From contig JBKPCO010000035.1 of NCBI GenBank assembly GCA_046727415.1, positions 1,554 to 65,553 of the forward strand: a stretch of 64,000 nucleotides of DNA, in the 5' to 3' direction. The first letter of the stretch is position 1. The number at the start of each line of letters is the position of its first letter. This document shows, in pieces, positions 49,323 through 55,747 of this stretch. The stretch comes from Candidatus Methylomirabilota bacterium (GTDB lineage Bacteria > Methylomirabilota > Methylomirabilia > Rokubacteriales > CSP1-6). The notes under the pieces were generated by a model. It ran no database searches. It worked only from the letters and a program-made list of their open reading frames with translations, and was not told the origin of the DNA. The position numbers and the translations under genes were made by a program.

Positions 49323-49477
49323 TGGCCCGGGGTTTTCTTGAAGTGCTGCGCCAGCGCGTCCATCATGCGGGCCAGAGCCTCGTTCTCGGTGCGCCCGGTC
49401 GTCTCGACGCCCCAATTCACGGCAACCGCGATCCACTCGCCCAGCTCGTTACGATGGACTTCGACCTCGAATTGCAT
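49319..49477 (-). CDS. HicB/DUF1902-like small protein (52 aa), absent from ORF track
   Basis: Hand translation: MQFEVEVHRNELGEWIAVAVNWGVETTGRTENEALARMMDALAQHFKKTPGQ. High GC3, GTGA coupling to the CoA-transferase start. The beta-beta-beta-alpha pattern resembles UPF0150/HicB-like antitoxin N-domains. Confidence 0.5.
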   Translation of the reverse strand: MQFEVEVHRNELGEWIAVAVNWGVETTGRTENEALARMMDALAQHFKKTPGQ

Positions 49478-49505
49478 GCCCGACACTTTACCTCAGAGCG
49501 GGATC

Positions 49506-49928
49506 CTAGTGGGCGCGAGGCAGGACGGGATGGCCCGCGGCGGCGTCGGCGATCGTGTGGTCGTTGTCGGCGGGCACCGCGCCGCTGACCCCGACGGCGC
49601 CCACGATGCGCCCGTCCTCTACCAACGGCACCGCGCCCCGGCCGAAGACGAATTGGTAGTCGCCGAGGGTCGCGACGTTGTCGGCGAAGAGCTGGCGCTT
49701 GCCGAATCGATCCTCGAGATCGAGGGTGGTGGAGTGGAAAGCCGCCGCGGCGTTGGCCTTGGCGCGGGCGATCTCTGGCGTGACCCAGAGCGCGCCGTCC
49801 ATCCGGTCGCAGACGATCAGATGTCCGGCGTCGTCGACGACCGCGATCGCGACCTTGAAGCCGAGCGCCTGCGCCTGGGCGACGCCGCGCTCGACACAGG
49901 CGCGAGCCCGATCGCGGGTGAGCGCCAC
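49506..49928 (-). CDS. GlcG/HbpS-like (DUF336) heme-binding protein
   Basis: 'AIAVVDDAGHLI' and 'GAVGVSG'. GTG 49928 lies 1 nt after the Rieske gene stop. Confidence 0.8.
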   Translation of the reverse strand: MALTRDRARACVERGVAQAQALGFKVAIAVVDDAGHLIVCDRMDGALWVTPEIARAKANAAAAFHSTTLDLEDRFGKRQLFADNVATLGDYQFVFGRGAVPLVEDGRIVGAVGVSGAVPADNDHTIADAAAGHPVLPRAH

Positions 49929-49929
49929 C

Positions 49930-50238
49930 TCAGGCGATCTCCACCCAGATGTCGCCGCCTTCGATCGTGACGGGATACGTGTCGACACGGCCGCCGCGCG
50001 AAGGCATCACGCACTCGCCGGAGCGCAGGTCGAACATCCAGCCGTGCCAGGGACACGCGAGCCGCGTGCCGGTCAACCGCCCCTCGCTGAGGGGCCCGCC
50101 CTGATGCGTGCACTCGTCGCTGCACGCGAACACCTCGTCACGGACCCTCACCAGTACGACGCGGGCGCCGTTGGTCTCGACCAGCTTGAGCTGGCCCGCC
50201 GTCAGGTCGTCGAGCCGGCCGACGTGTTGGCGGCTCAC
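49930..50238 (-). CDS. Rieske [2Fe-2S] ferredoxin-type protein
   Basis: 102 aa with 'CTHQGGPL' (CxH) and 'CPWHGWMF' (CxxH). Confidence 0.85.
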   Translation of the reverse strand: MSRQHVGRLDDLTAGQLKLVETNGARVVLVRVRDEVFACSDECTHQGGPLSEGRLTGTRLACPWHGWMFDLRSGECVMPSRGGRVDTYPVTIEGGDIWVEIA

Positions 50239-50915
50239 ACCTCGTCCTTCACGACGAAGGCGCGGTAGAGGCCGGTCATGTACTGCCAGCGCATCTCGGT
50301 GGCCTGCCGAACCGCGTCGACCGCCTCCGCCTGCCGCGCCGGACTCGTGCAGTGACGCTCGACGATCTGGTAGCCGCGCTCGCCGTGGACCTCGTCGGCC
50401 TCAATGTGGATCGCGAAGAACTCCACTTCGTGGTCGGTGAAGCCGTAGTGCGTCTTGAGCGGGGGCAGGTTGCGCTGGTAGATGCCCGGCACCTGGGACT
50501 CGAGCCCGACCAGGAGCCCGGCCGCCGCGACGTGGAAGGGCTGGTGTGACATCTCGAAGCACCACGCGGTGAGGCCGCGAGTGGTCGGGAGCTGCTGCTT
50601 GGACTCCACCTCGGCCCGCGACACGCCGCACGCCTCGGCGAAGCGGATCAGCAGATCGACGTGCTTGGTGCCGGACTCTTCCTCGATGATGTTCTCGAGC
50701 AGGAAATCGCGCGCGTCGGGGTCGGGACACTCGCCGTACACCGTGGCGCACCAGCGCGGGAACTGCGAGACGTACTGATGGTGCTGGGCCGCCCAGGCGC
50801 CGAGCTGAGCGCGCGTCAGCTCGCCCTTCACCCACTTCTCGGTGAACGGATTCAGGCGGCTGTGGCGGGCGCTGACAGCGGCTTCGAGCTGGGCACGGAA
50901 CGGGCTCTTGCTCAT
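50235..50915 (-). CDS. CADD/PqqC-like heme-oxygenase-fold protein (possible diiron oxidase)
   Basis: Collinear with PqqC/CADD (TENA_THI-4/PQQC family). It contains 'EEESGTKH' (E-x6-H), 'GLES' and 'HIEADEVH' (H-x3-D-x2-H). ATG 50915 has a GGAGGA RBS (ATG 50927 is an alternative). ATGA overlap with the Rieske gene. Confidence 0.75.
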   Translation of the reverse strand: MSKSPFRAQLEAAVSARHSRLNPFTEKWVKGELTRAQLGAWAAQHHQYVSQFPRWCATVYGECPDPDARDFLLENIIEEESGTKHVDLLIRFAEACGVSRAEVESKQQLPTTRGLTAWCFEMSHQPFHVAAAGLLVGLESQVPGIYQRNLPPLKTHYGFTDHEVEFFAIHIEADEVHGERGYQIVERHCTSPARQAEAVDAVRQATEMRWQYMTGLYRAFVVKDEV

Positions 50916-51031
50916 CGGCTCCTCCATCGGTGCGTCGAACAGCGATGTCGCTCGGGCGCGATCGAGGAACCTAATGACACATGAGCGGGAGACAAGTCAA
51001 GCACGGGAGGGAGAACGGAGCGACGAACGAC

Positions 51032-52090
51032 CTAGAGCGCGGAGACGCGGTTGCGACCCTGGTCCTTGGCGTCGCGCAGGGCGCGCTGCGCCGCCGCCAG
51101 CAGGTCGTCGGCCGACACGGCGTCGGCGGGCAGCCCGGCCACGCCGAAGCTCGCAGTGACCGTGCCGTACGCGAAGGGATGACTCTCGATGACGGACCGG
51201 ATCCGCTGGGCGTAGGTGGCGGCGCCGGCCTTGGGGGTGTTGGCGAGCAGGGCGGCGAACTCGTCGCCGTCCAGGCGGGCGATGATCGTGAAGCTCCGAG
51301 AGTGCCGGAGGAGGAGGCGCGATACCTCCCGGAGCACCTCGTCGCCGGCCGCCTGACCGTGCTCGGCGGTGATCGGCTTGAAGCAATCCACGTTCACGAC
51401 CACGAGCGAGAGCGGATGCCCGAACCGGGTATGGCGCTTGACCTCCTCGTCGATCCGCAGGCCGAAGTACCGGCGGTTGTAGAGCTCGGTCAGGCTGTCC
51501 TTGAACGAGATGTTCTCGAGCCGGGCGTTGCGGATGGCGACCGCCGCGTGGGCGGCGAGGGCCCGGATGAGCTTCTCGTGATCCCGGTGGAAGGCGACGG
51601 TGGCACCCGAGTCGTCGACCGCATTCAGGAGCTCGAGCACCCCGATGATGCTACCGGTCAGATCTTGCAGGGGGACGGCGAGCACCGAGCGCGTGGCGTA
51701 GTCGCTGGCGACGTCGAACCGCTCGTTGAAGGCGCGGGTCTGATGCACGCCGATTGCGTGCGCGTCGGCGACGTTGACCACCTCGCCGGTCTTCGCCACG
51801 TGGCCGGCGAGACTTGGCTCGCTGAGCCGCAGGGGCTCGGCCTCGAATCGCTGCTGCAGCCCGGGCCGGGCCAGCTTCCGCTCGATGAGGTCGTTCTGCA
51901 CCACCGCGAACCGGAGCCGGTCGCCATCGCGGAGAAAGAGCGTCCCGGCCTCGGCGCGCGTGAATCGCCGCGCCGCCTCGAGGATGCGGTCGAGCAGGGC
52001 GTAGAGATCGCGCTCGCTGGCGACGGCGAGCCCGATCTCGAGGAGCTCGTCGAGCACTTGCTCGCGGTCGGCGGCGGTGTGGGAGCTCAC
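51032..52090 (-). CDS. GAF-domain protein with degenerate GGDEF domain (DGDEF)
   Basis: GAF N-terminus. The GGDEF-fold C-terminus reads 'RLDGDEF' (nt 51257-51271), and 'FKPITAEHG' replaces the usual 'FKxxND..G'. Confidence 0.85.
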   Translation of the reverse strand: MSSHTAADREQVLDELLEIGLAVASERDLYALLDRILEAARRFTRAEAGTLFLRDGDRLRFAVVQNDLIERKLARPGLQQRFEAEPLRLSEPSLAGHVAKTGEVVNVADAHAIGVHQTRAFNERFDVASDYATRSVLAVPLQDLTGSIIGVLELLNAVDDSGATVAFHRDHEKLIRALAAHAAVAIRNARLENISFKDSLTELYNRRYFGLRIDEEVKRHTRFGHPLSLVVVNVDCFKPITAEHGQAAGDEVLREVSRLLLRHSRSFTIIARLDGDEFAALLANTPKAGAATYAQRIRSVIESHPFAYGTVTASFGVAGLPADAVSADDLLAAAQRALRDAKDQGRNRVSAL

Positions 52091-53121
52091 GGCGCGGCCG
52101 CCCGGTTCGGGCCCAGACGCTTGGCTTCGTAGAGGGCCCGATCGGCGGCGACGATGAGGTCATCGACGGTTGTCGCGTCTTCCGGCAGGCTCGCGATCCC
52201 CAGAGTGGCGGTGACCGGGTGTGCGGACCGGTTTTGCTCGATGACGCCCCGGATGCGCTCCGCGTACGTGAGGCCGCCGGCCTTGGTCGTGTTTACCAGG
52301 ATGATCGCGAACTCGTCGCCGCCGTACCGGGTCACAATGCTGAAGCTCCGCGAATGCTTGACCAGGAGCTGGGCCACCTCGCGCAGCACTTCGTCCCCGG
52401 CACGGTGGCCGAACCGGTCGTTCACCTCCTTGAAGTGATCCAGGTCCATCAGCGCCAGCGAGAGCGGCTCGCCGAAGCGGCAGTGGCGCTTGAACTCCTC
52501 CTCCATGCGGATCGTGAAGTAGCGACGGTTGTAGACGTCGGTCAACGCGTCCTTGAAGGAGAGGTCCTCGAGCCGGGCGTTGCGGAGTGCGACGGCAGCC
52601 TGGGAGGCGAGCGACCGCACCAGCGATTCGTATTGCGAGTCGAACGGCACGACGCGGCCGCGGTCGAGCGCGTTGATCAGTTCGAGCACGCCGAGGATAT
52701 TGTGCGAGGGATCCTGGAGCGGGACCACCAGGATCGACTGCGTGCGATAGCTGAGGCGCGCGTCGATACGCTGATCGAAGGCATACGGCCGGTCCGGCGG
52801 GATCATGTACGTATCGTGCAGGTTGAGGATATCGCCGGTGAGCGCGACGTGGCCGGCGAGGCTCAGCTCACGCAGATGCAGGGGCTCGGCCTTGAGACGG
52901 CGACGCATCTCCTCCTCGCCCAGCTCCTTGGCGAGCCGGTCGTTCTGCACGACGGAGAAGCGCAGCAGGTCACCCTCGCGGAGGAACAGCGTGCCGGCCT
53001 CGGCCCGTGTGAAGCGGCGCGCTTCGGTCAGGATGCGCTCGAGCAACGTGCCCAGGTCCTGCTCGCTGGTCAACGTGATCCCGATCTGTACCAGCTCCCG
53101 GAACGCCTGGGTCAGGTTCAA
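52087..53121 (-). CDS. GAF-domain diguanylate cyclase (canonical GGDEF)
   Basis: GAF N-terminus, 'DLDHFKEVNDRFGH' and 'RYGGDEF' (nt 52309-52323). TTG 53121 lies 10 nt after AGGAGG. 4-nt overlap with the downstream paralogue. Confidence 0.9.
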   Translation of the reverse strand: MNLTQAFRELVQIGITLTSEQDLGTLLERILTEARRFTRAEAGTLFLREGDLLRFSVVQNDRLAKELGEEEMRRRLKAEPLHLRELSLAGHVALTGDILNLHDTYMIPPDRPYAFDQRIDARLSYRTQSILVVPLQDPSHNILGVLELINALDRGRVVPFDSQYESLVRSLASQAAVALRNARLEDLSFKDALTDVYNRRYFTIRMEEEFKRHCRFGEPLSLALMDLDHFKEVNDRFGHRAGDEVLREVAQLLVKHSRSFSIVTRYGGDEFAIILVNTTKAGGLTYAERIRGVIEQNRSAHPVTATLGIASLPEDATTVDDLIVAADRALYEAKRLGPNRAAAP

Positions 53122-53172
53122 CTGCGTGATACCTCCTGGCTAGTGAGGTCAGACTAGCACGCCGCCCAACTC

Positions 53173-53188
53173 AGCAATCCCAGTGCCA
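53173..53188 (-). promoter_or_regulatory. Consensus sigma-54 -24/-12 promoter (minus strand) for the GAF-GGDEF operon
   Basis: The minus strand reads TGGCACtgggaTTGCT, a full match to TGGCAC-N5-TTGCW. It lies ~50 nt upstream of TTG 53121. Confidence 0.7.
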
Positions 53189-53217
53189 CAAACCACAAAG
53201 GGGAAATCAACCTGCAG

Positions 53218-53229
53218 TTTGTCGACAAA
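53218..53229. promoter_or_regulatory. Perfect 12-bp palindrome TTTGTCGACAAA
   Basis: Read directly from the sequence, 30 bp upstream of the minus-strand -24 element. Candidate protein-binding site. Confidence 0.3.
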
Positions 53230-53460
53230 TTAGCCAGATAGGCTCATTCCTAACACACGAAAGCGGCCTTCCGGTCACTCTCTGAGCATGGAAATTCTTA
53301 CCAATGGCCAATCGTTTGCCGGTCTGACAGCTGGGTCCGGTGACCGCATGGCCAGCGGTAGGTTCCTGGCGTGTCAGAGTGCGCATCAGCGGGTCGAGAG
53401 GCTCGGCGCACTTTCCCGCAACACTCCGGATTCGTTACTGGAAGGCGATCTCCGCGCCGC

Positions 53461-53476
53461 TGGCACATCAGTTGCA
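53461..53476 (+). promoter_or_regulatory. Consensus sigma-54 -24/-12 promoter (plus strand) for the 590-aa protein gene
   Basis: TGGCACatcagTTGCA, a full match with exact spacing. It ends 26 nt upstream of ATG 53502. Confidence 0.7.
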
Positions 53477-53501
53477 TAAGGCCGCGTCGGGACAGGCTTG
53501 C

Positions 53502-55274
53502 ATGAAACTGACTTTCAAGCGGCGCGACGTCAAGGATCTTCAGCAGCTCGCCACGCTGGTCGCGGAGAACGTCGACGCGATCGAAACCGGGCTCAAGATC
53601 ATTGGGTCGAATCTGAATCTCGGTCGGGCCAGCATCGAGCTCGTCGCGCTCGACGCCGCGGACACGCCGGTGCTGGTCACGCTGGGCCTCACCGCCGACG
53701 ACACGATGCTCCTGAGGGCGCTCGAGGCCTATGCCTGGTGCCTCGACTATCCAGAGTCGCTGCAGAAGCTCGTCCCCGCCTCGAGACGGCCGGAGTGGCC
53801 ACCGCGAGTCGTCTTCGTCGCCGAGCGGCTCCTCGAGTCGTTCCTGAGGAAGATGCGGTTGCTCAAGTTCTCCACGGTCGACTTCTTCGAGTTCCGCTAC
53901 GTCGAGGCCAACGGCACCACGGGTTTCTACCTCGACCGGGCCGACTGGGATCCAAACAGCGCCGGCTCACTGGACGACGAGCGAGCGGACGAGCGACCGG
54001 AACGCCCTGAGCGCGTCGAGCGCCCGGCTCCTCGGCTTGGCCCGCCCACCCGTCATGTCGAGCCGGTCCATGTCGAGCCGGTCGCCGAGCAGGAGCCGGA
54101 GGAACTGGAAGCACAGGAGGAACCCGAAGAGGAGCGCGAGGTCGTCGTGCACGAAGAGCCAGTGGCTGTCGAGGAGCCGACGATCGTCATGCTCCACGAG
54201 CCCAAGCCTGCGCCCCGAGTGGCACCGCCGCCTCGACTGGAAACCGCACCGCGACCGGCACCCCGTGTGGAACCTGCGCCCAGGGTGGAGCCTCCGCGCA
54301 CAGTGCAGCCGCCGCCTCCGCCGCCCCGAGTGGATCCCAGCAAGGTCGCCGCGCCGGCGCCCAGGGTTGTCTCACCGGTAGCGTCCAACACCGGCCGCGA
54401 ACCAGCGGACGGCCACGTGGTCCTCAAGGGTTTGCGCGTGCCGACCGAGACGCCGCGAGGCCAGCACCCGCGCGACCTTCCGAACGTTCCGGTGAAGGAA
54501 GCGCCGCCAAAGCCCCAGCGCGAGAGCGTCGCACCGGCGGCCTCTACCAGGTCCGCACGCGTCGGGACGAGCACTCCGAGCACGATCGATCCACGTATTC
54601 CGCGTATTCCGGCGAAGGGCGCTCCAGTCGGGAACGGATCGAGGAACGACACCCCAAAGATCGACACCCCGAGGATCGACACGCCGAAGATCGACGTGCC
54701 GAAGCCTGAAGCTCCCAAGAGCGACCTCGCTCCGACCTGGAGAAAGTTCCTCGACAGGCTGACCGGCACGTTCGACGCGCGGCCGGCGACGCCGGCTCCG
54801 GAGCCGTTCGCCACCGATCTCCACCTCCAGCCCGACGAGGTGGCTCCCGACGAGGTCATCGACGAATCCCAGGATTCGATGACCGAGCTGTCGGAGCAGC
54901 AGCAGAGCGCCCTGAAGGGTCTCACACTCCCGGACAACGGCGAGCTCGCGCCCCAGTGGCGCCAGTTCCTCGACCATCCGACGCTCGACGAGGCGAAGAT
55001 CGCGGTCGTCCGGGGATACCTGCAGCGCGAGTTCCCGCTGTGCACCGTCTACGACTTCCACGATTTCCAGCGCAACGCGCAGGTGTTCCAGCTCCAGGAC
55101 AACCACGGCAAGGTCACGCAGCTCATCACGATGACCGCGGAGTTCTTCGACTCGCATCGCGACCTGGAGATCCGCGCGTGGATCGAGAAGCACAAGGTCG
55201 CGCATGCGGCGCGGCAGGCAGGTCAGGCCGGCGTGCTCGTCTCGCAGGCCGGTCTCCAGATCGAAAAGAGCTAG
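53502..55274 (+). CDS. Hypothetical 590-aa protein: NucS/DUF91-like N-domain (degenerate), long Pro-rich repeat region, unknown C-domain
   Basis: ATG 53502 chosen because the sigma-54 element lies inside the ORF-track extension (53340..). The N-terminal ~150 aa follow the NucS C-domain pattern ('VAENVDAIETGLKIIGSNL..IELVALDAADTPVLVTLG'). The middle ~330 aa are P/E/R/V-rich. Confidence 0.75.
   Translation: MKLTFKRRDVKDLQQLATLVAENVDAIETGLKIIGSNLNLGRASIELVALDAADTPVLVTLGLTADDTMLLRALEAYAWCLDYPESLQKLVPASRRPEWPPRVVFVAERLLESFLRKMRLLKFSTVDFFEFRYVEANGTTGFYLDRADWDPNSAGSLDDERADERPERPERVERPAPRLGPPTRHVEPVHVEPVAEQEPEELEAQEEPEEEREVVVHEEPVAVEEPTIVMLHEPKPAPRVAPPPRLETAPRPAPRVEPAPRVEPPRTVQPPPPPPRVDPSKVAAPAPRVVSPVASNTGREPADGHVVLKGLRVPTETPRGQHPRDLPNVPVKEAPPKPQRESVAPAASTRSARVGTSTPSTIDPRIPRIPAKGAPVGNGSRNDTPKIDTPRIDTPKIDVPKPEAPKSDLAPTWRKFLDRLTGTFDARPATPAPEPFATDLHLQPDEVAPDEVIDESQDSMTELSEQQQSALKGLTLPDNGELAPQWRQFLDHPTLDEAKIAVVRGYLQREFPLCTVYDFHDFQRNAQVFQLQDNHGKVTQLITMTAEFFDSHRDLEIRAWIEKHKVAHAARQAGQAGVLVSQAGLQIEKS
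54054..54083 (+). repeat. Exact in-frame tandem 15-mer (CATGTCGAGCCGGTC x2)
   Basis: Read directly from the sequence. Encodes HVEPV-HVEPV. Confidence 0.9.
54648..54707 (+). repeat. In-frame tandem 15-nt repeats (3 good units plus 1 degenerate)
   Basis: GACACCCCAAAGATC / GACACCCCGAGGATC / GACACGCCGAAGATC / GACGTGCCGAAGCCT, encoding DTPKI-DTPRI-DTPKI-DVPKP. Confidence 0.85.
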
Positions 55275-55723
55275 CCCGCTCGCTCCGAGTCGTCCCAGCG
55301 CCAGGACATCGCCCGGTCGGGCGAGATGCGAATGACGGTCGCGGTCGCCCGGTCCAACCCCATGACGCGATACTGCGCGTACTTGTCGCGGAGGAGGTCG
55401 ATGGCCCCAACGCGCTCGGGGCCGTCGGGGAGCACGTCGGCGCGCCCCTGGACGATCACCCAGGCCAGCCGCGTCCATTCCTCGTCGTAGCGGTCGACGA
55501 GCAGCGAGACGCGCGAATTCTCGGCGATGTTCCGAACGCGCCGGAGGCCACCCGCCGGGATCCGCTTGGGCTTGGCGTCGATTGCCGAAAAGCACGAGCG
55601 ACCGTCAAAGACGTAGCACACCGGGACGACGAGAGGCTGACCCGTCCGGTCCGCCGTGCCGAGCCGCGCGACCCGACCCTCGCGCAAGAGCTCGGCGGCG
55701 AACGCCGGAAGATCGAGGCTCAC
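55271..55723 (-). CDS. PPOX-class F420-dependent enzyme (Rv0121/TIGR03668-like)
   Basis: 'RVARLGT...PLVVPVCYVF', 'AIDAKPK', 'LRRVRNI' and 'VSLLVDRYDEEW' follow the pattern of that family. Confidence 0.8.
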   Translation of the reverse strand: MSLDLPAFAAELLREGRVARLGTADRTGQPLVVPVCYVFDGRSCFSAIDAKPKRIPAGGLRRVRNIAENSRVSLLVDRYDEEWTRLAWVIVQGRADVLPDGPERVGAIDLLRDKYAQYRVMGLDRATATVIRISPDRAMSWRWDDSERAG

Positions 55724-55747
55724 GGGCTCAGCGGTGCGGACCGGCGC

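Noticed and set aside
49323-49436. N-terminal extension of the CoA-transferase ORF to GTG 49436
   Set aside because: GC3 is ~46% in that frame. A different frame in the same interval has coding-like GC3 and encodes a HicB-like 52-aa protein whose stop couples to GTG 49322.
48213-49970. 585-aa (+) ORF
   Set aside because: It is antisense to the CoA-transferase, HicB-like, GlcG and Rieske genes. Its composition is shadow-frame and it has no motif.
53288-53479. 63-aa ORF inside the 380-bp intergenic region, and the 53340..53501 N-terminal extension of the long ORF
   Set aside because: GC3 is only ~58% by hand count, against a very high GC3 in the real genes I checked. There is no RBS. Both readings run straight through the consensus sigma-54 promoter at 53461-53476.
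54053-55595. 330-aa and 407-aa minus-strand ORFs opposite the proline-rich gene
   Set aside because: They are reverse-complement frames of a Pro/Glu/Arg-rich coding region, and such regions stay open on both strands. They have no start context, and the plus-strand frame is the one with globular N- and C-terminal domains and a promoter.
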